DNA of 19,591 nucleotides from a virus (Duplodnaviria; Heunggongvirae; Uroviricota; Caudoviricetes): IMG/VR virus record IMGVR_UViG_2703718871_000002; one strand, 5' to 3'. Shown piece by piece: positions 8,600 to 16,552 of this stretch (position 1 is its first letter; each line of letters starts with the position of its first letter). The notes under the pieces were generated by a model. It saw only the letters and a program-made list of their open reading frames with translations, ran no database searches and was not told where the DNA came from. The position numbers and the translations under genes were made by a program.

Positions 8600-8620
8600 A
8601 AAAAAAGACGCTGGCGCGTC
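8600..8620 (-). terminator. intrinsic terminator in the leftward leader (tL1-like position)
   Basis: Minus-strand hairpin GACGC-GCCA-GCGTC followed by a 7-U run (plus-strand A-run 8600-8606), between the predicted pL and the Rha-like gene. Confidence 0.55.
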
Positions 8621-8980
8621 TGTATCGCCTCGATTGTCAGCGGGGTGAGAATCCCGACACCCGTTTTATAAGGTGTTCGCCAAATATAGCCCCGACATCA
8701 CACGCAGTCAATACCGTCCTTTCTCGGAAATGCTTTGGCGGTGCCGCCTGCACCCCAAAACATTCCCTGTATTGGTCAGCGCCAACTTCCTGCCAGTGTT
8801 GCCCGTTCTCACGCCGTTCTCGCTCTCGCGCGGGGATACTCTCTCATCGACCGGATCGCACCCGATGATACAGCACGTTTACGTGTAGGGGTCTAAACAG
8901 GTCATTGACGCTGTAAAGCTCCAGATTGTTAAAGAGCATTTTGCGGCGGGTTAAGTCGCGCCGTACGACTGATTTATGTA

Positions 8981-8995
8981 GCCCTGTGTAAGGGC
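8981..8995 (-). promoter_or_regulatory. boxB-like RNA hairpin in the pL leader (GCCCT-UACAC-AGGGC)
   Basis: Stem identical to the lambda boxB stem (GCCCT/AGGGC), loop different; about 15 nt downstream of the predicted pL start. No boxA-like element 5' of it. Confidence 0.25.
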
Positions 8996-9017
8996 GCGAT
9001 GTTTCTGGCTTGAAATA

Positions 9018-9046
9018 AATATAACTTGCGGTGATTTTCATGTAAA
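9018..9046 (-). promoter_or_regulatory. candidate pL promoter (TTTACA, 17-bp spacer, TATATT) with overlapping OL operator
   Basis: Minus strand reads TTTACA-TGAAAATCACCGCAAGT-TATATT. The spacer and -10 contain AATCACCGCAAGTTATA (9036..9020), same architecture as the OR site (ATCACC-N4-GTTATA). Confidence 0.45.
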
Positions 9047-9131
9047 TACCGTTGGTGCTTTTTGAGGGCGAGAAATTATTACTTAACTGATTTTTAAAGT
9101 GATTTATTTTTTAAGGGGGCAGATAACAGGA

Positions 9132-9158
9132 GGGGATATGCAAAGAAAAACCCGGCGC
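9132..9158 (-). terminator. intrinsic terminator after the restriction-modification genes
   Basis: Minus-strand hairpin CCCGGC-CCATGC-GCCGGG followed by UUUUUCUUU, about 30 nt after the endonuclease stop. Confidence 0.6.
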
Positions 9159-9188
9159 ATGGGCCGGGCTATTTATCTGGTCCTGTTC

Positions 9189-10142
9189 TCATTCAGTAGA
9201 GTAGGGGCCAAGAAATCGCACTCCGTTGAAGTGAATAAGATGAGAAGGTGCATCAGCCACCCATACCTCTGTTTCCCATGCGATTTCACCAAGATATCGC
9301 CCCATGATGGAGCGATTTGGAAAAGCGGTCACATAGACAAGTCCGGCTGTTGATCCGGCAAACAGCCTGGCAAGCTCAGCATGCCGCTTCCCATCAACCG
9401 GTCCATGACTGGTGACAGACTCAACCAGTAGCAGCCAGTTTTTCGCAGTAAAATGTAGCACCACATCTGGCATTTTACCGTGTGAATCCACATCAACACC
9501 TAGCCCGGCCAGCAGTGGAGCGTCGAAGTAGCCCCACTTTTCGCCAGTGTCGCCAGCATAGACCAGCACGCTACCCGGAGCAAAACGTGGGGCGAAGTCC
9601 TCTATTATGGCACGGATAAGTTCGCTGTGCTCGCCGGGACTGAGGGTTATTTGCTGGCCCGCAGCAATTTCAACAGGGATACGATTCTGTTCGCGCTCCT
9701 TAGCATAGCGGGTAACCAGCGTTTCACGCTCGGCTAAATAGGTTGCAAGGCTATCGTGCCATGCCGGGCTGCCGAAAGTGCGTAGCATGGACAGAGCAGC
9801 AGGTTCGATCTGATAAACAGCCTTCGGGCTGTTCACTGGGCGATCGGGCTTGTCCGGATTGTAGAGGGCTACTCCAGCAGCGCAGAACTGATGCATAGAC
9901 TGGCGGCGGAATGTCTCACGAGTATTGGGTGCGTAGACCTTGCCGTAGTGCTCCCGAACCCAATTCATGATTGGTGTAATGCCCACAAGCGGATTTTCCG
10001 CGTCGGCCCATGCTTTTCCCGGTGTGAGGTTCAGGAGTGCCAGCAAACACAAAGCAGAACGCTCATTCTGCTGCGCTCTGGGCAGGCCTAAGGATGCTAT
10101 AATTTGCTGAGCGGCCTCAATATAATCATTTTGGTTGTTCAT
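9189..10142 (-). CDS. putative Type II restriction endonuclease (BsuBI/PstI-like, by size and context)
   Basis: 317 aa; ATG overlaps stop of the upstream methyltransferase (ATGA); followed by an intrinsic terminator. Nuclease catalytic motif not confidently identified by eye. Confidence 0.55.
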   Translation of the reverse strand: MNNQNDYIEAAQQIIASLGLPRAQQNERSALCLLALLNLTPGKAWADAENPLVGITPIMNWVREHYGKVYAPNTRETFRRQSMHQFCAAGVALYNPDKPDRPVNSPKAVYQIEPAALSMLRTFGSPAWHDSLATYLAERETLVTRYAKEREQNRIPVEIAAGQQITLSPGEHSELIRAIIEDFAPRFAPGSVLVYAGDTGEKWGYFDAPLLAGLGVDVDSHGKMPDVVLHFTAKNWLLLVESVTSHGPVDGKRHAELARLFAGSTAGLVYVTAFPNRSIMGRYLGEIAWETEVWVADAPSHLIHFNGVRFLGPYSTE

Positions 10143-11608
10143 GCAGTCAGAGCTCCTAGCTTAGCGTCAATATGTTCTTGCGTGAGAGTTTCTTGTTGCA
10201 TAGCCCACTTGCCAAGCTCTATCAGAGTGTCACGGCTTGGGTACTTAATCATCTTGAGGTCGGTTGCATTGACCTGTGTATGCCCGTTGAAGCGACGGAA
10301 GTACTTATCCACTGCGGTAGTGTTCAGGAACACGGCCAAGCCACGGGCCAGCGCCTCGGGTAACCCATGTTTGTTCTCATGAAACACGTTCATGTGATTT
10401 TCAAATCCCAACACTGAATACTCACTGAAGGTAGCAGGATCAACGACGCTTGCTACCACTCGGCGCTTTTCCTCCTTCGACGAGAAACGACGCACCACAC
10501 AATAAAAACCGTTCGGGTAAAGCCACTTTTCTGTCTCGTCGTTGCGCATGATTGCGTTGGGTTTCTTCAAACCTTCCACAGGCCAGACAGTGCTACTCAT
10601 ACTCAAATGGCTCGGGTAGATCAGGGGAACAGTTCCTTCTTCTGGCATGCTGCGCAAATGAGCTTTCAGTCGGAAATCAACTATCGGTCCGGTCGATACC
10701 TTCACGCCAATATCAGCCAGCGAACATTGTACGGCAGATGATAACTCAATGGTGCTTTTCTCGAGCGTGGTCGGCACATGAATAAACCGCTCCGAATCGT
10801 CCGGGTACACAATCTGGTCAAATGGGTGTTCGTAGGTGACCAGGTCAAAAAAGCTATCATCGGTCGAAGTTGTGACTGTAACAGCCTCCTGACGGCCTCC
10901 ACGCTCCAGGCGGATGATAATATTTTCCTGCAACACATCGTCATCCCTGAAAGCTTTGCTACGTGATTCGAACAAATGAATATGGCGGATTGCTGCCCGC
11001 TCAAGTATGAAATTACGGAACGGACGGTAATACGGTCCGTTGCAGAAACTACGTGGGATTATGGCCACTATCTGCCCGCCAGGTGCAACCTCACCTACAG
11101 CCAGTGCAACAAAGGCGGAATACAGATTTACCGTCTCGATACCGACAGTGCGAAGAGCCTGCCGGTGGGCTGACTGGCTATTGATCTTCTTGTAAGGCGG
11201 ATTAAGTATTGCATGGGTATAACCTCGATCCTGTAGACCTTCGGCGGTTGCCAGCTCAATATAATCCCCTTCGATGATGCGGGGCGTCACTCTCCTGTAC
11301 CCGGTTAAGTGCTTCGCAAGGTGACCACACAGCTTTTTGTCGATTTCGTAGGCTGTTGCCTCGACAGACTCAAAGCCAAACTCGCCAACCAGCCAACGGT
11401 CGAGGAAGGCGCAAGACAGTGCGCCTAAACCAGCGCCTGCGTCCAGTAGACGGCAAGTTTTCATTGTGCTCGGTGGAAACAAGGAGGCCATAAAACGGGC
11501 CACGCCAGAAGGCGTCATGAACTGGCCGAACTCTGCTTTGTGTTTACGCGCGGTACGGGGAGACAGCTCGCGACGCACGCTGTCTGCGACGTCTAGCTTT
11601 TGAAGCAT
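10139..11608 (-). CDS. N6-adenine DNA methyltransferase, gamma class (Eco57I/PstI-like)
   Basis: 489 aa; AdoMet motif I LLDAGAGLGAL followed by motif IV ILNPPYKK, with a long C-terminal presumed target-recognition region. AAAGAGGA upstream of ATG at 11608. Confidence 0.85.
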   Translation of the reverse strand: MLQKLDVADSVRRELSPRTARKHKAEFGQFMTPSGVARFMASLFPPSTMKTCRLLDAGAGLGALSCAFLDRWLVGEFGFESVEATAYEIDKKLCGHLAKHLTGYRRVTPRIIEGDYIELATAEGLQDRGYTHAILNPPYKKINSQSAHRQALRTVGIETVNLYSAFVALAVGEVAPGGQIVAIIPRSFCNGPYYRPFRNFILERAAIRHIHLFESRSKAFRDDDVLQENIIIRLERGGRQEAVTVTTSTDDSFFDLVTYEHPFDQIVYPDDSERFIHVPTTLEKSTIELSSAVQCSLADIGVKVSTGPIVDFRLKAHLRSMPEEGTVPLIYPSHLSMSSTVWPVEGLKKPNAIMRNDETEKWLYPNGFYCVVRRFSSKEEKRRVVASVVDPATFSEYSVLGFENHMNVFHENKHGLPEALARGLAVFLNTTAVDKYFRRFNGHTQVNATDLKMIKYPSRDTLIELGKWAMQQETLTQEHIDAKLGALTA

Positions 11609-11648
11609 AACTAATCCTCTTTACGTGGCATGATGATGCCAACGTGCT

Positions 11649-11689
11649 TTTGACATCCTCCACATTCTTCAGGCGTGAAGGATGTCAAA
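11649..11689. repeat. 15-bp inverted repeat with 11-bp spacer in the cI-methylase intergenic region
   Basis: TTTGACATCCTCCAC (11649-11663) and GTGAAGGATGTCAAA (11675-11689) are reverse complements with one mismatch (a G-U pair in the minus-strand RNA). No flanking U-tract on either strand. Confidence 0.6.
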
Positions 11690-11702
11690 TCACTCTGTGA
11701 GC

Positions 11703-12416
11703 TCAATCAAAAGTCTCATCATTCCACTGCGATTTGATGACCTTTCCGACAAACTGGCAGTTTTCGTTACACTCAATCATGTCGAATCGTGGGTTGAGCG
11801 GCTCCAGGTACGCTTTACCGCTCTCACGAATGAATCGTTTGAAGGTAAATTCATCGCCGTTCATTCGGGCCACGCAAAAATCGCCATCCTCGATTTCCCG
11901 TTCAGGGTCAACGAGTATCAGCATACCTTCAGGGAAGCTGGGTTTACCACCCTGCGGTGCGGTCATTGAATGCCCCTTGACCTCCAGCCAGAACGACCTG
12001 TCACTGGCTTTTGTGGTGGTGGAGATCCATTTAATCGCATCTTTTGCGGTGTACGAAATATCATCCATTGAGAATGCGCCAGCTTGTACGCAGGAGAGTA
12101 ACGGATATTCGTAAGCGGGGACACGAGTTAATGGCTCTTCAATTGCGAGCGCCATTTCTGCAATAGATTTTGCCAGGCTGGGACTGAAATCTCCGACCTT
12201 TACATTCAGTATCTTAGCAAGCTGTGCTGCGTGGCTGGCATTTATGGCGTTGATGCCAGCCATTAGCTGATTAACAGCGCTTTGGGTAACACCTAATTCA
12301 TAGGCTAATGATTCCTGCGACAGGCCTAACTCTTTCTTTTTAGCGTTAAAAATACTTTTCAGACGCTTGGCGTCTTCCAGTTGCTCAGGGGTTAACGGTT
12401 TCTTTTTCATGTTCAT
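11703..12416 (-). CDS. cI: CI-type prophage repressor (HTH N-domain, LexA/S24-like C-domain)
   Basis: 237 aa, same length as lambda cI and colinear with it (M..KKKPLT.EQLEDA.RLK...LGLSQES..., C-terminal ...[27 protein letters not shown]...GDFC.AR..GDEFTFK..IR.SG...L.PLNP...). Divergent from cro. Confidence 0.95.
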   Translation of the reverse strand: MNMKKKPLTPEQLEDAKRLKSIFNAKKKELGLSQESLAYELGVTQSAVNQLMAGINAINASHAAQLAKILNVKVGDFSPSLAKSIAEMALAIEEPLTRVPAYEYPLLSCVQAGAFSMDDISYTAKDAIKWISTTTKASDRSFWLEVKGHSMTAPQGGKPSFPEGMLILVDPEREIEDGDFCVARMNGDEFTFKRFIRESGKAYLEPLNPRFDMIECNENCQFVGKVIKSQWNDETFD

Positions 12417-12420
12417 ACCA

Positions 12421-12489
12421 TATCACCTTTGGTTATATGTAATGAAATATCTGCGGTGTTGACATTTTAATAACTGTGCGTAATGATAT
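12421..12489. promoter_or_regulatory. OR operator cluster between cI and cro
   Basis: 17-bp site TATCACCTTTGGTTATA at 12421-12437 (lambda-like TATCACC half-site). Two weaker related sites at about 12445-12461 and 12469-12489, overlapping pR. Confidence 0.45.
12459..12487 (+). promoter_or_regulatory. candidate pR promoter (TTGACA, 17-bp spacer, AATGAT) driving cro
   Basis: TTGACA at 12459-12464; -10-like AATGAT at 12482-12487; about 12 nt upstream of the cro RBS. Confidence 0.45.
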
Positions 12490-12511
12490 GGGCATTTTGA
12501 AGGAGTCAGTT

Positions 12512-12715
12512 ATGGCGATGAAAAAAGAGACCCTGGCTGATTACGTATACAGGTTCGGCCAAAAGAAAGCCGCTAAGGACTTTGGCGTGGCGCAGAGTGC
12601 AATCAGTAAAGCGCTTCTCGTCGGACGAGAAATATACGTCAAAACCTTTGATGACGGCACAGTTGAGGCGGAAGAGGTTCGTCCGTTCCCTGCGTTCGTA
12701 AGAGGCGATGATTAA
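12512..12715 (+). CDS. cro: Cro-type repressor
   Basis: 67 aa, [34 protein letters not shown]...AEEVRPFP, resembling lambda Cro. GAAGGAG at 12499-12505, 6 nt before ATG 12512. The track start 12476 is an upstream GTG and is rejected. Confidence 0.9.
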   Translation: MAMKKETLADYVYRFGQKKAAKDFGVAQSAISKALLVGREIYVKTFDDGTVEAEEVRPFPAFVRGDD

Positions 12716-12745
12716 TCCTGGACACACAGCCCATCGGAGGTGTGA

Positions 12746-13039
12746 GTGAACAGGCAAATCAAAACGGTTATGCCCGAGCAGTACTGTGATGCTGATCGGG
12801 ACTGGATACAGGAGCAATTGTTACAGCTAGACCCGACCACCCGGGTAAAAATTGCAGCAGAGTACGCGAGAGTGTACCAGGAAGAGTGGGACAAGGAGCC
12901 TGTATCGTTCAGGAAGGGCAACAGGGCAAGACGGAGCGCCAACACCCGGTTACGGGTGTATGTCCAGAAGTACGCGAGAGCCAGCCGTGGCTGGATGCTT
13001 TCGCCAGTAGCGGTACGGAAGTTTCCCCCGACACCATGA
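12746..13039 (+). CDS. hypothetical protein in the cII position (97 aa, basic C-terminus); no similarity to lambda CII recognised
   Basis: GTG start at 12746 with GGAGG (12736-12740) 5 nt upstream. Confidence 0.5.
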   Translation: MNRQIKTVMPEQYCDADRDWIQEQLLQLDPTTRVKIAAEYARVYQEEWDKEPVSFRKGNRARRSANTRLRVYVQKYARASRGWMLSPVAVRKFPPTP

Positions 13040-13246
13040 TGGCGGTTAGTTGCGCTAGAGATAATTTCAAGTGCAACTAATTTCCTGAAAGGAAGCGAGG
13101 AGGGGGTAAGGGGGTGGAGTCGTTGGTAAGGCCTGTATCCCTTGGCCTAGGCCAGAAGGCAGGTACATAGGTTAGGTAGATCACTGTATAAGCGCGCGAT
13201 AGTTTCTGGTGAAATAATTATCGAGCTAACTATTGAGTGATAAACT

Positions 13247-13624
13247 ATGTCAGCAGCAACCAAATCGGCACTGATCCGTACACTGAGCACTGTACCACTG
13301 AGAACAGAGGAGCGTTACAGCTTTCTGGCTGATGTTGTAACGATCCTTGAGTCACAGGGGATGCATGTGGCAAGCAATGTCACAGTAAGAATCGATGGCA
13401 GAAATTTCCGTGTTGATATTCTCGCAACAGCAAAAACTGGTGGGAGTGTGGCTATCGAGATCGATCGTAGCTCTCCGCGACCCCGCTCAGTCATGAAATT
13501 GCGTGAATTGGCACGTCGTGGCACTGAAGGCTTTGTGTTGCTTCGAATGCCAAAGAAACTGACCAGTTATAGCGATGCTGGGATCGATATCATCCCGGCG
13601 AATGGCAAGGGGGCGTCATGCTGA
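13247..13624 (+). CDS. hypothetical protein (125 aa), first gene of the replication module
   Basis: Track ORF; stop overlaps the helicase start (ATGCTGA). Weak RBS. The RVDILAT...AIEIDRS segment is faintly nuclease-fold-like but unverified. Confidence 0.5.
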   Translation: MSAATKSALIRTLSTVPLRTEERYSFLADVVTILESQGMHVASNVTVRIDGRNFRVDILATAKTGGSVAIEIDRSSPRPRSVMKLRELARRGTEGFVLLRMPKKLTSYSDAGIDIIPANGKGASC

Positions 13625-15138
13625 AAATCACCCCAAACTTTGCTCAGGAGCGCGGTTTAAACCAGCTGCGGCACCAGTGGAAACAGCATCGCACGTACCT
13701 GATGTATGCACCCACTGGCTCTGGCAAAACTGGTCTTGCAGCATTCGTCACCGCCGGAATGGTTGAACGTGGTATGCGAGTGATGTTTGTCTGTCCGTAC
13801 ACCATCCTGCTGAACCAGACAGCGGAACGTTTCACCGAATACGGTTTGCCGTGGGAAGAAATCAGTTTTGTATGGCGTGATCACCCTAACTATGACCCGT
13901 CACGACTGATTCAGATTGCCAGTGCCGACACGCTGATCCGTCGTGAGTTTCCTGACAACATCGATCTGCTGATCATCGATGAAGCACACATGAAGCGTCG
14001 TGCGTTACTTGAGGTTATCCGGGACAGAGACATCAGGGTTCTTGGACTTTCCGGCACCCCGTTCGCAGCCTGGATGGGGAAGTACTACGAATGCCTGATC
14101 AAGCCTACAACGATTCGTGAACTTATTCAGCGTGGTGATCTGAGCGATTATGAGTTTTTTGCCCCCTCAATGCCTGATCTGGCTGGCGTAAAAACCAGTA
14201 ACACCGTATTTGGACGGGATTACAACGAGGAGCAGCTCGCATCCATCATGGGGAGTTCGGATCTGGTTGGCGATATCGTTCGCAACTGGCTTGAGAATGG
14301 CGAGGATTTACCGACGATTTGCTTCTGCGTGAACGTGGCTCATGCGAACTTTGTTACCCGTGAGTTTTTACAGTCTGGCATTGGCGCAGAGGTGATGACG
14401 GCAGATACCCCCCATGATGAACGGCAGGACATCATTCGCCGTTTTGAAGAGGGTGCGACCAAAATAATTGTCAACGTTGGCGTACTGGTTGCGGGATTTG
14501 ACAGCGATGTTCGCTGCCTAATCTACGCCCGTCCGACCAAATCAGAAATCCGCTGGTTGCAGTGCATCGGGAGAGCGTTACGTACTGCGTCTGGTAAAAA
14601 ACGCGCATTGATTTTCGACCATTCCGGTACGGTTCATCGGCTGGGCTTCCCCGAGGATATCGAGTATGACGAACTTCCGGGAAAAAATGACGGAATGAAA
14701 GCGTCTGCTGGCGGGAGTGAGGTTAAGGCTGAGAAACTTCCCAGGGAATGCCCCAAATGCCACTTCATGAAGCCTGCTGGCGTGCATATGTGTCCCAAAT
14801 GTGGATTTCGTCCTCTTGGTGGTGATGACGTGGCGACAGATCGCGATCGTAAGCTTTCACGCGTCAACAAAGGGAAACGCGAATACACCCGTGAGGAAAA
14901 ACAGCGTTGGTGGAGCGAGATCAAGGGGTATCAGAATTACCGCAACGCGACAGGTAAGCCACTGAGTGACGGATGGTGTGCTCATATCTACAAGGAGAAG
15001 TTCGGGGTTTGGCCTAAAGGCTTCAGTAATGCGCCGCTGCAAACCTCAGTTGAAGTGTACAACTTCATCAAGTCAAAGACCATTGCCTATGCCAAAGGGC
15101 GCAAGAAAGCCATGACAGGAGGCCAGCATGCGAACTAG
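13618..15138 (+). CDS. SF2 (DEAD/DEAH-box) helicase with C-terminal zinc ribbon; putative replicative helicase
   Basis: 506 aa; Walker A APTGSGKT, DEAH box LLIIDEAHM, motif III SGTP, motif VI QCIGRALR; C-terminal CPKCHF...CPKCGF. Confidence 0.85.
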   Translation: MLKITPNFAQERGLNQLRHQWKQHRTYLMYAPTGSGKTGLAAFVTAGMVERGMRVMFVCPYTILLNQTAERFTEYGLPWEEISFVWRDHPNYDPSRLIQIASADTLIRREFPDNIDLLIIDEAHMKRRALLEVIRDRDIRVLGLSGTPFAAWMGKYYECLIKPTTIRELIQRGDLSDYEFFAPSMPDLAGVKTSNTVFGRDYNEEQLASIMGSSDLVGDIVRNWLENGEDLPTICFCVNVAHANFVTREFLQSGIGAEVMTADTPHDERQDIIRRFEEGATKIIVNVGVLVAGFDSDVRCLIYARPTKSEIRWLQCIGRALRTASGKKRALIFDHSGTVHRLGFPEDIEYDELPGKNDGMKASAGGSEVKAEKLPRECPKCHFMKPAGVHMCPKCGFRPLGGDDVATDRDRKLSRVNKGKREYTREEKQRWWSEIKGYQNYRNATGKPLSDGWCAHIYKEKFGVWPKGFSNAPLQTSVEVYNFIKSKTIAYAKGRKKAMTGGQHAN

Positions 15139-16099
15139 AGATGCAGCCGTGGGGCACTGGAGCCGGATTTTTGAATATTACGGCATGCCTCCTGTTACTG
15201 GTGTGAAACATTACAACGGACCCTGCCCGATATGTGGTGCCAGAGGTAAATTTCGCTGTGATGATAAGGATGGTTCCGGTTCATGGATTTGCGTCTGTGG
15301 TCACGGGGACGGGATGAATCTGTTGCAACTTGCCACGGGTAAGCCCTGGGTGACGTTGTGTGATGAAATCGATCGGCTGATCGGAAATACCTGGAAGAGG
15401 GAGAAAGTCAGCCAGCCTGTAACAGAGATAAGCAGAAAGCGGAAGCTGGTCATGGATAAGTTCTCCAGACTTTCATGTCTGCGGGGCACAACAGGTGAGG
15501 CGTACCTGCAGGGGAGGGGAATACTCCAGTTACCGACCGAATCCGTGCGTTTCTGTGACCGTCAGATCGCCAGAGGGCGCGAATATCAGGCAATTTACGC
15601 CATTGCAACAGATGACAAAGGTTCTCTTTGCTATCTGCATCGTACGTTGCTGGATGGTGATCGCAAGGCGAATGTAGAGGCGGCTAAAAAAATGACCGCG
15701 CTACAGGAGTTGCCTGGTTTGCAGCATGCCAAATCGGTGGCAATACGCCTGTATCCGGTGTCGTCCACTCTGGGGATAGCCGAGGGTATCGAAACGGCGC
15801 TTTCATGCCGTCAAATATTCCGCTGCAATGTGTGGTCAACAATGAACTCCGGTTTTATGGAGAAGTTTATTGCGCCACCAGGCGTTAATCACCTGATTAT
15901 ATTTGCTGACAATGATGCGCACGGCGCAGGTCTGGCGGCTGCCTTTAAATGTGGGCATAAGAATCTCATGAGTCGTAATGACGTTGAGAAGGTCAGCATT
16001 CGCTGGCCTGACTTGCCGGATTTTAACGATATGCTCATTCAGGGGTGTGAAGCCCGTGAACATGTGTTGACGCGCAAATTCAAAGCGGAGGCTGCCTGA
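15128..16099 (+). CDS. DNA primase, zinc-ribbon plus Toprim domain
   Basis: 323 aa; CPICGARGKFRCDDKDGSGSWICVCGH zinc ribbon; Toprim residues IAEGIETALS and IIFADNDAHGAG. GGAGG upstream; overlaps helicase stop by 11 nt. Confidence 0.8.
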   Translation: MRTRDAAVGHWSRIFEYYGMPPVTGVKHYNGPCPICGARGKFRCDDKDGSGSWICVCGHGDGMNLLQLATGKPWVTLCDEIDRLIGNTWKREKVSQPVTEISRKRKLVMDKFSRLSCLRGTTGEAYLQGRGILQLPTESVRFCDRQIARGREYQAIYAIATDDKGSLCYLHRTLLDGDRKANVEAAKKMTALQELPGLQHAKSVAIRLYPVSSTLGIAEGIETALSCRQIFRCNVWSTMNSGFMEKFIAPPGVNHLIIFADNDAHGAGLAAAFKCGHKNLMSRNDVEKVSIRWPDLPDFNDMLIQGCEAREHVLTRKFKAEAA

Positions 16100-16548
16100 T
16101 GGAAATAGAGATGATCAAGGCGGCTAATGGCGTATTTGTACCGGCGTATGAGCGCGATTTACCCCGACTGGCAAAATTTAAAAACGGTGAGCTGTATACA
16201 CTGGAAGCAAAACTTACCCGTAACCCATCTTTTCACCGGAAGATGTTCGCTTTTCTTAATTTCTGCTTTCAGTACTGGTGCGCTGAACATGCTGGATACG
16301 AATTCTCTGATGAAGCGACGCAGTTTGATGAGTTTCGTAAAAATCTGACAATTCTTGCCGGGTTCTATGATGTGGTCACAACCATAAGAGGCGAGGTGAG
16401 ATATCGGGCAAAAAGCCTGAGTTACGCGAATATGGATCAGGATGAGTTTGAACGTTGCTACAACTCAATGATTAATGCCGCGTTAAAGCATGTGTTTGGG
16501 CGCTCAAACAGCCCTGAACTGAATAACCGCCTGCTGTCGTTTTTCTGA
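16099..16548 (+). CDS. hypothetical nin-region protein (149 aa); possibly DUF1367-type, not confirmed
   Basis: ATG overlaps primase stop (TGATG); GGAGG 7 nt upstream. Confidence 0.6.
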   Translation: MEIEMIKAANGVFVPAYERDLPRLAKFKNGELYTLEAKLTRNPSFHRKMFAFLNFCFQYWCAEHAGYEFSDEATQFDEFRKNLTILAGFYDVVTTIRGEVRYRAKSLSYANMDQDEFERCYNSMINAALKHVFGRSNSPELNNRLLSFF

Positions 16549-16552
16549 GGTG

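Noticed and set aside
8844-9041. 65-aa minus-strand ORF in the pL region
   Set aside because: Its ATG (9041) lies within the predicted pL -35 element, upstream of the likely transcription start, and has no Shine-Dalgarno motif. Discussed instead as part of the interrupted N-position frame.
9099-9353. 84-aa plus-strand ORF with a possible AGGAGG-ATG start and Arg-rich N-terminus (MQRKTRRMGR)
   Set aside because: Antisense to the endonuclease 3' end and running through the minus-strand terminator hairpin; no rightward promoter evident. Kept only as a remote possibility of an antisense small protein.
12476-12511. Upstream GTG start for cro
   Set aside because: It would lie on or before the predicted pR -10 and transcription start; ATG 12512 has a canonical GAAGGAG RBS and matches the lambda Cro N-terminus.
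12886-13080. 64-aa plus-strand ORF
   Set aside because: Overlaps the cII-position gene in another frame; no RBS.
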